Positions 21,261 through 30,019 of a stretch of 64,000 nucleotides of DNA are shown here, one piece after another. A program made the translations under genes and the position numbers. Position 1 is the first letter of the stretch. Every line of letters starts with the position of its first letter. Under the pieces are notes generated by a model that worked only from the letters and a program-made list of their open reading frames with translations, made no database searches and was not told where the DNA came from. Source of the stretch: Giardia intestinalis (taxonomy: Eukaryota); assembly GCA_000002435.2 (NCBI GenBank), contig CM018792.1. One strand, given 5' to 3'.

Positions 21261-21698
21261 ATGTCTCGCAAAGTAACCTACGCGCCGGAGAATCTTCCAG
21301 CGAAGAACAACAACAGCGAGGCCTTCGCTGTGTGCCACATCTACGCGGGCAAGAACGACACATTCATCCATGTGACCGACCTCTCGGGCCGCGAGACCAT
21401 TGGCCGTGTGTCAGGTGGAATGAAGGTGAAGCGCCACTGTGATGAGCCATCGGCATACGCTGCAATGCAGGCCACCCAGGATCTTATCGAGATCATTACC
21501 GACCGCGGTATAACCGCCGTGCACATCAAGATCCGCGCCGACGGCGGCACGGGCAAGCGCGTCTATGGCCAGGGCGGCAGTGCTGCCATCCGCGCCCTTG
21601 TGCGCGGTGGGATCAAGATAGGGCGTATAGAAGACTCCACCCCGATACCTACAGATCGCACGCGCCACAAGGGTGGTCGCCGCGGTCGCCGTCTGTAA
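21261..21698 (+). CDS. RPS14: 40S ribosomal protein S14 (uS11)
   Basis: The protein is [37 protein letters not shown]…[13 protein letters not shown]…[26 protein letters not shown]. Confidence 0.92.
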   Translation: MSRKVTYAPENLPAKNNNSEAFAVCHIYAGKNDTFIHVTDLSGRETIGRVSGGMKVKRHCDEPSAYAAMQATQDLIEIITDRGITAVHIKIRADGGTGKRVYGQGGSAAIRALVRGGIKIGRIEDSTPIPTDRTRHKGGRRGRRL

Positions 21699-21702
21699 GC
21701 CA

Positions 21703-21709
21703 GTAAATC
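21703..21709 (+). terminator. putative polyadenylation signal AGTAAAT 4 nt after the RPS14 stop
   Basis: The AGTRAAY motif is seen directly. The same motif recurs at or over the stops of RPL31 (10973-10979), PACRG (19141-19147), protease 1 (34215-34221) and protease 2 (36017-36023). Confidence 0.5.
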
Positions 21710-21759
21710 GGTACCGAACTCCCTCTATGTTTACATAACACGGCGCTTGTTCGTTTTGG

Positions 21760-23400
21760 TCACTCCTCCCATCCATCCAGGTTATAGTTGTCCTCTTCAT
21801 CAGAAGCGGCCTTTTTAGGAGTGCTAAGGCGCTGCATGTCTAGATCTGCAGTTAGTTGACCGCCTTTTTCTGAAGAAACCTTGTCTTGAGGGACAGAATC
21901 ACCGCGGGCTTGGTCCTGCGGATCTCTGTCAGATTCTCCATTCATCTCGGCAGCCAGATCAAAATGATCATCCTGCTCGCTCATGTTTGCCAATGACTGC
22001 GCTTCTTGTCCACTCAGATCCAATTCAGCGTTATGAGTGCGATCAGCAACCGCTGCGTCATCGACGTGAGTCTCTGCCTCGTCAAAATAGTCATCATTGT
22101 CAGGCAGACCCTCCTGCTGGGGCTCTGCAATCGTGTCATCGGCTACAATGGTCGTCTGCCTGTAGGTGTCAGTAGGGACAAATGTCCGTGTACCTGCAGC
22201 CACGGTGTACTCGTCTGCTATATATTTCTTGAGAATGGATTCTCCATCTAGCGTAAGAATAGTCTTGTTCGCCATCTGTGCGGAATACAGTGCCTCGCCA
22301 CTCTTGTCTGTAGCCATAATATCCTGTCCGGTTTCGTCGAGACTGAATGGTGAGTCATTAGGAGCTTTCTTTAGCTTCACCATCTCGTGCTTATGCTTCA
22401 GAACAATCTCATGCATGATGTTGGTTTGTCTATTGGTCAACTTATCCTTATCCAGCTGATAGGATTCATTCAGTGCCTTTCTGCCGAATTTTATCTTATT
22501 CTCAAGTATTTCTGTTTCAACCACTTGGCGAGATTGCATCTTCTTACGTAGTCGCACGATATTCTGATGGGCCTCTAGGCTTCTCTTCTCATCTTCAAGC
22601 TGTTGCTGGGCATCTGCTTCTCCCCTCTTCTTCGTAGCATCCTTATATCTTCCTGCACGTAAAAGTTGTGCCTGCGTATACCGCATATCAAGCAGCTTCG
22701 AGGAGTATTTAGGGTGAACCTCAGCGTGCTTCTTCTCTAAAGAAGCTGTGTATTCATCTAGTTCTGCCTTTTGCTTATTTGCAAGAGTCTCACGCATGTT
22801 CTTGACCTCTGCTTCGAAGTTTATCCTCCGTGTCTTATAGGCCTCTTCAAGTTCCAGCCTTTCCTCCTCAAACTGTGCTTCTACAACGCTGACTTCTAGC
22901 TCTTGCTTCCTCTTAAGGCGACCTATTCGCAGCTTCTTGTCCTCAGCAAAAACGGACACCAACTTAAGGCGAATGTTGTCGGCCCGGATATACTCCTCTG
23001 CAGCCTCTAAGTCAGCCCGTGCCTGACGCATACGCCGTATCTTATCGTGAAGTGCAAATATCTGATCATCCATTTCGTCCACATATGGAGCGGCTTCTTC
23101 AACGGCAAAGGATTCATCGTCATATTTAGCAGTTATTTCACTTATATTCGTTATGCCACCTGGTCCGTCGGTGGTATTGCCGTACGATTTGTTCTGTAAA
23201 TCATCCGATTGCTGCGATCTAGGTGCCCCGTTTTCCTGGGGTGTGCGTAGCCGCATCAATTCACAGGAGGAGCCTGGTGACTGGATTGTATACTTGTTAG
23301 CATCACTTTCAATTTGGTCTTTGGTTGTATCGAAGCCCGGGGTAACAAGGCGCGCCAGTTCAACATCGTTAGCGGCATTCTGGTACATCTTGGGAGGCAT
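21760..23400 (-). CDS. hypothetical coiled-coil protein (~546 aa)
   Basis: The track ORF extends to 23508. The in-frame ATG at 23400 (MPPKMYQ…) has the ctaaaaatATG context. A long heptad-like charged central region is present. Confidence 0.55.
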   Translation of the reverse strand: MPPKMYQNAANDVELARLVTPGFDTTKDQIESDANKYTIQSPGSSCELMRLRTPQENGAPRSQQSDDLQNKSYGNTTDGPGGITNISEITAKYDDESFAVEEAAPYVDEMDDQIFALHDKIRRMRQARADLEAAEEYIRADNIRLKLVSVFAEDKKLRIGRLKRKQELEVSVVEAQFEEERLELEEAYKTRRINFEAEVKNMRETLANKQKAELDEYTASLEKKHAEVHPKYSSKLLDMRYTQAQLLRAGRYKDATKKRGEADAQQQLEDEKRSLEAHQNIVRLRKKMQSRQVVETEILENKIKFGRKALNESYQLDKDKLTNRQTNIMHEIVLKHKHEMVKLKKAPNDSPFSLDETGQDIMATDKSGEALYSAQMANKTILTLDGESILKKYIADEYTVAAGTRTFVPTDTYRQTTIVADDTIAEPQQEGLPDNDDYFDEAETHVDDAAVADRTHNAELDLSGQEAQSLANMSEQDDHFDLAAEMNGESDRDPQDQARGDSVPQDKVSSEKGGQLTADLDMQRLSTPKKAASDEEDNYNLDGWEE

Positions 23401-23441
23401 ATTTTTAGAATTCCGTGGAAGTTTAATTTTTCCGCTATCGC

Positions 23442-23702
23442 ATGAAAGACGCTGGCTTTGACGTCCGGTCGACAGAAGCCACGCATTCTCCTGATGAGGA
23501 CTTCCCAAAAATGGAAAGCGGCTTTGTGAGCCTTGACCCAGAAGAGGAGAAGCTTTTGGCAGAAATTAGGACAGATCTCGAAGGTATGAAGAAGAAAGAA
23601 GCAGCTATGGAGGCGCTTCTTCAAGAGCTTGCAGCGTCTAACAAGATAACTTATGCGGCCATAGCCGCTCACTCGGGTGTTTCTGTCCCAGCTGCTCCTT
23701 AG
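23442..23702 (+). CDS. small hypothetical protein (86 aa)
   Basis: An ATG-initiated ORF with an acidic, charged sequence. It is divergent from the coiled-coil gene. No homology was recognised. Confidence 0.3.
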   Translation: MKDAGFDVRSTEATHSPDEDFPKMESGFVSLDPEEEKLLAEIRTDLEGMKKKEAAMEALLQELAASNKITYAAIAAHSGVSVPAAP

Positions 23703-24287
23703 TGTTTTGGTACTGATGGCATTGCTCAGGTTAGGTATACGGGCATCTGCGGGCCAGTGAAAATGACTGCCATCTTCGAGATCAATCTGTGCGGAAGGTG
23801 TCGTGTAAACAGATGCATACCAGTAAAGCACATTCTTTTCGCTTCCTTAGTGCGTGAGTTTGTTGGTGAGAAGGTACGGATTCTGATGTTTCTAAGTCAG
23901 GGACACTGCTATGAGATATAGGTCTTTATCTAGATAGATGAGTGTTTTCTTGAAATCCCAGGACACTCCTGCCAGCCCTAATTGAACATATTTCAGTATT
24001 TATGCTATCAAGCGTTTTTGCCACAGTATGCTCAGAGTCTTGGTCTATCTATTAACACCCATTTACAAAGGCGCTATGTTATGAGAAATTTAAATTAGGT
24101 ATATAAGAATAGATTAAATGTATAGATAGTTAAGTACAATTGAACACAAAATTTAATTAACTTCAAGAGCTATGACAAACACACCATGAGACTCACTTAG
24201 AAGCAACCAAAAAGAAACAAAGAGGAGCATGAGCTAACTATAAGGCTTTCTATAGATGGTTCAAACGTGTAATTCTCGGTATTTAAA

Positions 24288-24911
24288 CTAAAGAGTAAGC
24301 TTAAGAAATACGAAGGCCAGGGGGTAGAAGCCGCGGCGCGAGAGCTCCGTGACCCGCGCGAGGAGCCCCTGCTTCCGGCGCTCCTGGAGCTCGGCGCCGC
24401 ACATCGCGAGGGCCTCGTAGCGCCGCCGCTCGACGGCCTGCGCGCCGGAGGGCTCTGCCTCCCGGGGCCGCGGGGGAGCCCTGGGGGCTGCGGGCCCTGC
24501 GGTGCCGGCGGCGCACCCCGCGTACAGCGAGGCCGCGAGCTCGGGCGGGAAGCGGGCGGCGTACCCGGCCTGGAACGCGTCGGCGAGGAGGCGCAGGTCG
24601 ACGCGCGGCGGGTCTGCAGGGGCCCCGGCCCGGGGGAGGAGCCGCAGCTGGCCGCGGAGGAAGCCGGCGCCCTGGTCCTCGGCCGCCCGGGCCACCCGCG
24701 CCTCCAGGCTCCGGGCAGACAGGCGCACCGTGGCGGACAGCGCGGCCTCCGTCTGCAGCATCAGGCCGACGTCCCCCCGGGGCTGGGCGGCGTAGGACTC
24801 GTAGCCGTCCCGGAGCTCGGCCAGGAGCGCCGTGACCGCCGCGTGGTCCCGGGCCTGCGCGGCCGCCTGCACCCGGGCGGAGACGCTCGCGAGGCGCGCA
24901 CGGGGCTCCAT
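24288..24911 (-). CDS. hypothetical protein (207 aa), GC-island gene 1
   Basis: Within track ORF 24288..26309, the first ATG is at 24911 (MEPRARLASV…). The C-terminal 200 aa have a protein-like composition (…RRRYEALAMCGAELQERRKQGLLARVTELSRRGFYPLAFVFLKLTL). The part of the track ORF upstream of this ATG is R/G/P-dominated and judged spurious. Confidence 0.45.
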   Translation of the reverse strand: MEPRARLASVSARVQAAAQARDHAAVTALLAELRDGYESYAAQPRGDVGLMLQTEAALSATVRLSARSLEARVARAAEDQGAGFLRGQLRLLPRAGAPADPPRVDLRLLADAFQAGYAARFPPELAASLYAGCAAGTAGPAAPRAPPRPREAEPSGAQAVERRRYEALAMCGAELQERRKQGLLARVTELSRRGFYPLAFVFLKLTL

Positions 24912-24953
24912 CGGACGGGGCGGAATTTTGCCGGCCGGCCAAAAATTCACTCG
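24912..24953. promoter_or_regulatory. 42-bp divergent promoter inside the GC island (aattttgcc…caaaaattcac)
   Basis: The only A/T-rich patch in a ~75 % GC stretch. It lies exactly between two divergent ATGs. Confidence 0.4.
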
Positions 24954-26093
24954 ATGGACTGCATCGGCCGCGGCGTCCTCCTCCCCCCGGGCGGGGCGTG
25001 CTCGTGCGGGGCGCTTCTGGCGGAGCTGCAGCGGGTCTGCCCCCTCCTCGCCGCCTCCCCGGAGGTCTGCGCCGCGCCCCGGGCCCTTGTCTGCTGCCGC
25101 CAGCCCCCGTGCCTCGAGATCGCGCCGGCGCCGGCCACCCCGAGCAGCGCCGTCCGGGTCCCTGGGTCCGCGTGCACGGCTCCACCGCCCGCCGCAGGGC
25201 CCCCGGAGGCCGCCCCGGCCGAGAGCGTCCAGGTGACCCTCAGCGCCCAGCGCGAGTCGTTCGTGATGCAGACGATGCGGCAGGCGCACTACGGCGGCGG
25301 AGAGGCCCCCGCGAGGGCGGAGAGCGCCCGCCTGCCCGCCCCGCAGGCCTCGGACCCGAGGGAGGCCCGGCGGAGCCACGCGTCCCGCCCGCGGACGGCC
25401 GGCCCCCGCCTCCCCGCCTGCCCCGAGGAGCCCCCCGGCAGGGTCCAGTTCCGGGGCGCCCCCGAGGCCCCGCCCCTGCGCTGCGAGCCGGCCCCGCCCT
25501 CCGAGTTCAGCGACTTCGGGTGCGAGCTGCTCGCGGCGGGCCAGCCCGAGGACCGGCGGGTCTGCGGCGCCCCGTGGGTGGACGCGCAGGACCTGCTGAG
25601 CGACGGCTCCGAGCACAGCGAGTTCTACCGCCTCGTCGAGAGGGAGCTTGCGCGGCTTCCGGAGCCCGCGGCCCCGGCCCTCCCGGAGAGCGAGCCCTCG
25701 CTGGACGCGCTGCCCGTGCACGCCTCGCCCCGGGGCCCGCAGATCATCGAGCCCACGCCGGCCGCCCTGCAGGAGCCAGAGGAGCCCGCGCCCCCGCAGC
25801 CCCCCACGCCGGGCCGCTCCGACAGCGTCTCGGCAGACATCACGGAGTCGCTCCTCGTGGAGGGCCGGCCCCTGCCCGACCGCCCCCCGGGCCCGGAGCC
25901 GTCCGAGGGCAGCCCCGGGTACAGCGGAGAGGCCTTCGACAGCTCCGGCTCGCCCCGGGGCCTGACCGACGAGGCCGCGGGGTCTGCGGGCCTGGACGAG
26001 GAGGACCTGCTGGGGTCCGTCGGCGGGGACCTGCGGGCGCTGCTCATGGACAGCGGGTCCGGGTCGCTGTCTGCGGGGGCCTGGCCGGAGTGA
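24954..26093 (+). CDS. hypothetical Pro/acidic-rich protein (379 aa), GC-island gene 2
   Basis: ATG at 24954; the track start 24843 is GTG. The sequence contains SEHSEFYRLVERELARLPEP and DEEDLLGSVGGDLRALLMDSGS. The antisense frame here is R/G-dominated. Confidence 0.45.
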   Translation: MDCIGRGVLLPPGGACSCGALLAELQRVCPLLAASPEVCAAPRALVCCRQPPCLEIAPAPATPSSAVRVPGSACTAPPPAAGPPEAAPAESVQVTLSAQRESFVMQTMRQAHYGGGEAPARAESARLPAPQASDPREARRSHASRPRTAGPRLPACPEEPPGRVQFRGAPEAPPLRCEPAPPSEFSDFGCELLAAGQPEDRRVCGAPWVDAQDLLSDGSEHSEFYRLVERELARLPEPAAPALPESEPSLDALPVHASPRGPQIIEPTPAALQEPEEPAPPQPPTPGRSDSVSADITESLLVEGRPLPDRPPGPEPSEGSPGYSGEAFDSSGSPRGLTDEAAGSAGLDEEDLLGSVGGDLRALLMDSGSGSLSAGAWPE

Positions 26094-26116
26094 ACTCGGG
26101 AGAGCCTTTTTATTGA

Positions 26117-28627
26117 ATGGATTCTGCGCCACTCGCCGTCGCGATCCGGGAGCACGTCCCGGGCCCGAGGCCCCCGCCGCGGCCGTCCGGGGGGCGGTCC
26201 CTCTTCGCGCAGGCCGTGGCCGCCGGGGCCGGGCAGACCGGAAGGCCCTTCGCCCTCGGGCAGCCCCCGCCGCGCGCCCCGGCCCCAGCGCCGCCCCGGG
26301 GCCCCCCACCGCCCCCCGCCGCAGAGGACCCGGGCGGGCCCCTCCTCGGGTACGGGGGCGCCGCAGACCCGGAGGCCGTCCCGTTCTGCAGCGCGGCGGA
26401 CATCGGGCTCCTCTGCCGGTCGACGAACCCCGCTCAGCGCGAGTACGGGCTCCGGATGCTCGCGAACGCCGTCGCGCTCCGGCGCGTCCGGGACGGCGGC
26501 GCCCCCGATCCCGTCCTCGAGGCCCTGCTCTGCCTCCCCGCCGACCCGCACGCGTGCCCCTCGTCTGCCGGCCACCTCCTCCTCCTGGGCCTGCGAGACG
26601 CCCTGGAGTCCGGGAGCCCCGGCCTCCTCGACGCCGCCCTCTCCGGCCTCGCCACGGTCTTCGTCGCCGACGAGGGCTTCCTCAGCGAGACCGTCCACGT
26701 CGGGGCCGCGCTGCTCGGGCTGACGTCCAGCTCGGTCGCCTTCCCCCTCGGCTCCCTGCTGCGGCGGCTCGTCGAGCACGGGCTCCCGGGGCTCCTGGGC
26801 CAGGCCCTCGACGCCGCCGCGCGCGCAGACGAGCGGCGCCGGGAGCGGCTCGCCCACAGCGCGTACCTGCTGGCCGAGCGCGTGCTCATCGGCTGCTGCC
26901 CCGCAGACGAGCCCCCGGAGACCGCCGCCGGCCTGCGGGCCCTCGCGGAGCGGCTCCTCGCGGCGCTCCTGGGCGAGCTCGCCGGGCTGGCGGAGACGGG
27001 GGCCTTCCTGACGACCGCCTCCCGCGTCGCCCTCCGGACGCTCTGCTACGACCACGTCCTCGACGGCCACGCGCTCGGCCGGGACGCCGTCGCCCTCCTC
27101 GTCGAGTCCCTCGAGGCGTTCGTCGGGGCGCTCCCCGGCCAGGACGAGGCGGTCCGCACAGAGCTCCTCTCGGCCGCCACGCTCCACTACCTCCTCGTCG
27201 CCCGGGTCCTGCGGGGGAGCCCCGAGCTCTGCGCCCTGCACGCGGCCGTCTCTGCGACGTGCGCCGCCGCCCTGGAGCGCCACGCCCCGGCCGCCCCCGC
27301 GGAGCTCAGCGCGCTCCTCGTCCTGCTCCGGATCCTCCGGGCCCGGGCCGCCGTCCCCCGCGCGCGCCTGGGGCTCTCGGAGGCATGCTTCCGGCGGCTG
27401 GTCGACTGGCGGGCCCCGCCCGAGGCCGGGGGCTTCGCGCTGCCTCGGGGGCCCTCCGCGGCGTTCGCCCCGTTCTACGCCCTCGCGGCCGTCCAGTGGC
27501 GCGGCCCGGGCGAGTGGGGCGCGGCGGAGGCCTGGGTCGGCTGCGTGATGGACGTCCTCGCCAGCGGGCCCCCGGTCGCGCGCTGGGCGCCCCCGGCCGT
27601 CGACGCCCACCGGCGGGCAGGCGTGCTCCCGTGCGCGGTGACCGACGCAGGGGTCGCCCTCGCGCTCCTCGTCGCGGCCCTGGCGGCCGTCTGGGGCCCC
27701 GGGCTCCCGTTTGCCGCCGGCCTCGCCGAGCGGGTCGGGGAGCGCCTGGCAGGGCTCCCGGCCGAGTTCCGGTTCGTCGTCGCGTTCCCGCTCGCCCGGC
27801 TCCTCCCCCCGCTGCCCGCTATCGAGTGCGGGCTCTACCCGAACGCGGCGCTCCTCGGGGCGCTCCGGGCCGTCACGGGCCACCCGGGCTACGACCCCGC
27901 GGCAGAGGCGCTTGCGCACGTCGACGCCCGCTGCCCGTGCCCCGCGCTCGCGGCCCTCCACGCGGCGTGCGTGCTCGCCTCGGACGGGATGCGGCGCGAC
28001 GGGGCGTGGCGGCTCGCGGTCCTCCGGCTCGCGCTGCAGCGCCTGGCCGGGCTGGAGACCGCAGGGGCCGCCCGGGGCCGCGTCCTCGCGTACGGGCTCC
28101 TCTGCGTCCTCGACACGCTGACGGGCGTCTGTCGCCTCCCCCCGGACGCCGCGGCCCTCCTCGCGGAGACGCTCGCCGGGGTCCTCCGCCTCGCCCGCGC
28201 AGGCCCCGCCCCCGCCGCCGAGCTCCTCTACGCAGCGCCCGCCGGGGGGCTCCGGACGCTCGACGCCGCCGCCGGCGCGTTTGTCGAGGGCCTCCACGGG
28301 GGCGCGGCGGTGCTCCCCGAGGCCCCGCTCGTCTACCTCGCGCTCCTCCACCCGCAGCTCGTCCCGGACCCCCGCCGCCGGGCAGAGCTCTGGTCCGGGC
28401 TCGCGCTCCTGCGGCTCGACTTCGCGGCGCTCGACGGGGGCCTCCTCGCGGGGCTCTGCGAAGACGACCCCGCGCCCGTCCTCGCGTGCCTCGCGTGCTA
28501 CGAGCGCCGCGCAGAGACCGCCCTGTCGCGCCGCGTCCTCGCCCGGTACGCAGAGGCCCACCGGGGGCAGAGGCCCGACCGGGTCGTCGTCGCGGCCGTC
28601 GAGGAGGCCCTCCGACCAGCGGGCTAG
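26117..28627 (+). CDS. hypothetical Ala/Leu-rich protein (836 aa), GC-island gene 3
   Basis: ATG at 26117 with the tttttattgaATG context. The translation has a balanced composition including F, Y, W, H and C, and a helical-repeat-like character. The competing frames (26113..28890 on the plus strand and 25625..28561 on the minus strand) are Arg/Pro/Gly-dominated. Confidence 0.55.
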   Translation: MDSAPLAVAIREHVPGPRPPPRPSGGRSLFAQAVAAGAGQTGRPFALGQPPPRAPAPAPPRGPPPPPAAEDPGGPLLGYGGAADPEAVPFCSAADIGLLCRSTNPAQREYGLRMLANAVALRRVRDGGAPDPVLEALLCLPADPHACPSSAGHLLLLGLRDALESGSPGLLDAALSGLATVFVADEGFLSETVHVGAALLGLTSSSVAFPLGSLLRRLVEHGLPGLLGQALDAAARADERRRERLAHSAYLLAERVLIGCCPADEPPETAAGLRALAERLLAALLGELAGLAETGAFLTTASRVALRTLCYDHVLDGHALGRDAVALLVESLEAFVGALPGQDEAVRTELLSAATLHYLLVARVLRGSPELCALHAAVSATCAAALERHAPAAPAELSALLVLLRILRARAAVPRARLGLSEACFRRLVDWRAPPEAGGFALPRGPSAAFAPFYALAAVQWRGPGEWGAAEAWVGCVMDVLASGPPVARWAPPAVDAHRRAGVLPCAVTDAGVALALLVAALAAVWGPGLPFAAGLAERVGERLAGLPAEFRFVVAFPLARLLPPLPAIECGLYPNAALLGALRAVTGHPGYDPAAEALAHVDARCPCPALAALHAACVLASDGMRRDGAWRLAVLRLALQRLAGLETAGAARGRVLAYGLLCVLDTLTGVCRLPPDAAALLAETLAGVLRLARAGPAPAAELLYAAPAGGLRTLDAAAGAFVEGLHGGAAVLPEAPLVYLALLHPQLVPDPRRRAELWSGLALLRLDFAALDGGLLAGLCEDDPAPVLACLACYERRAETALSRRVLARYAEAHRGQRPDRVVVAAVEEALRPAG

Positions 28628-28628
28628 C

Positions 28629-28635
28629 GTTCACT
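28629..28635 (-). terminator. putative polyadenylation signal AGTGAAC overlapping the kinase stop codon (tgAGTGAAC)
   Basis: The + strand reads gttcact at 28629-28635. On the minus strand the motif overlaps TGA. Confidence 0.5.
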
Positions 28636-29563
28636 CAATCAGGGGCACCTGACCCCAGGGCGGCCCGCAGGCCCGCGACCTCCCCCCGGAGCCGGGCGAC
28701 CTCGTCCTCCAGGGCCTTGAAGCGCAGGGCCGTCGCGACCGCAGGCGCCCCGCCCTCTGCGTCGAGGAGCTCCACGAGGGCCGCGGCGGTGAGGCGGCGC
28801 TCCGGCTCCAGGACGAGGAGGTGGGCGAGGACGCCCCGGACGACGGGGTCCCCGACCGCGCCCAGGTCCGGCCGCCAGCCCGCGACGTAGACCTCCGCGG
28901 GGGCCCGCCCGGAGAGGAACGGGGGCCTGCCGCCCGCCGCGAGCTCGTAGGCGACCATCCCGAGGCTCCACATGTCCGCGGCCGGCGTGTGGCTCCCGCC
29001 CCGCAGGACCTCCGGCGCGGCGTAGACGGGGACGGCCATGGAGGCGAGCCCCCCGGGGCCCTCCCTGCAGAGCCCGAAGTCGGAGATGGCGAACTCCGCC
29101 CCGGCCTCGTCGAGGAGGACGTTCGCGGGCCGCAGGTCGCAGTGCGTGAGGGCGGGGAGCGGGGCGCCCGCGGCGTCGGTCTTCCCGGGCCGGTGGAGGT
29201 AGGCGAGCCCCGCGCCCACCTGGCGGAGGACGGCGACGACCATCTCGCGCAGGGCGAGCTGCCTTCTGCGGCGGAGGCTCCGGATGGCCCCGTCGAGGGA
29301 GCCTGCGTAGCGCCGCATCTCGACGTAGATGTAGCCCTCGTGCCGGACGACGCGCCCGTACTCGACGACGTTCGGGTGGCGGAGGCGCGGGAGGGTCCGG
29401 AGCTCGAGCTCGAGCGAGGCCTGCGCGTCGGGGGGCAGCCCGTCGGTCGGGATCTCCTTGACCGCCCTGTCGGGGGCGCTCTTCAGGCCGTAGACGGTCC
29501 CGTGGGCCCCGCTCCCGAGCTCTGCGCCCAGGTCTTCGAGGAGGGCGTCGATGGCCTCGGACA
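28635..29563 (-). CDS. NEK-family Ser/Thr protein kinase with C-terminal coiled coil, GC-island gene 4
   Basis: G-loop LGSGAHGTVYG, VAIK-like RAVKEI and HPNVVEY are present. The NEK-type insertion LHRPGKTDAAGAPLPALTHCDLRPANVLL resembles NEK2 CHRRSDGGHTVLHRDLKPANVFL. DFGL, YAAPEV, DMWSLGMVAYEL and a C-terminal coiled coil ALEDEVARLRGEVAGLRAAL follow. The ATG at 29561-29563 has the ttaaaaagATG context, whereas the track start 29609 is TTG. TGA overlaps AGTGAAC. Confidence 0.85.
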
Positions 29564-30019
29564 TCTTTTTAATCCGCGACTGGGCGATTGGGTGATTGGG
29601 CGGGCTCAATCGCTTGGGCTCAGACTGAGATACCGCCTAGCTGAGCGCCGCTCAATGAGGGTGATCGGGCGGAATTGAACGAAAAGGAAAGGACCCGACC
29701 ATCGTTCCAGAGATGGCTTGACCGAGTTCGCCTGTCGACTAGGATCAGATCAGGCAGCTAGTACTGGACTACTCACTATCAATATGTATTCTATCACTGG
29801 AGTTATGGAACAGCTAAGTGAAGTCTATATTCTTAAGATGAATCTTAATTGTCAATAATTGATGTTTACAAATCTGGAGTCTCTGCATCTTAGGTCAATC
29901 CTAAATAGGTAAATATGAGCATGTCCAGATAAAGTTTACTGTCAACCCACATAGTAAGATAAGTTAAAGCAGATTACGACCTCCGAGGTTGAAAGAGGGA
30001 ATGCTTGTTGATGACCTCA

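Noticed and set aside
24301-28971. Many long overlapping ORFs in all frames inside the GC island, including 24301..25185, 24998..26116, 25625..28561, 26113..28890, 27873..28634 and 28639..28971.
   Set aside because: Their translations are dominated by Arg, Pro, Gly and Ala. This is the expected artefact of stop-codon-poor high-GC DNA and of the antisense of real genes. Only frames with balanced composition and recognisable motifs were kept.
24288-29640. GC island as an rDNA repeat unit. Giardia rDNA is ~75 % GC and ~5.6 kb, close to the island's size.
   Set aside because: No universal rRNA signatures such as GTGCCAGCAGCCGCGGTAA were seen on either strand. The region encodes a kinase with all catalytic motifs in order, and at least one further protein-like ORF.
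24288-29640. GC island as integrated high-GC virus (herpesvirus-like) or bacterial horizontal transfer.
   Set aside because: The kinase carries NEK-specific features and a C-terminal coiled coil typical of the host kinome. The genes use the same A/T initiator and AGTGAAC polyA signal as neighbouring host genes. No Shine-Dalgarno-like contexts or viral hallmark genes were found.
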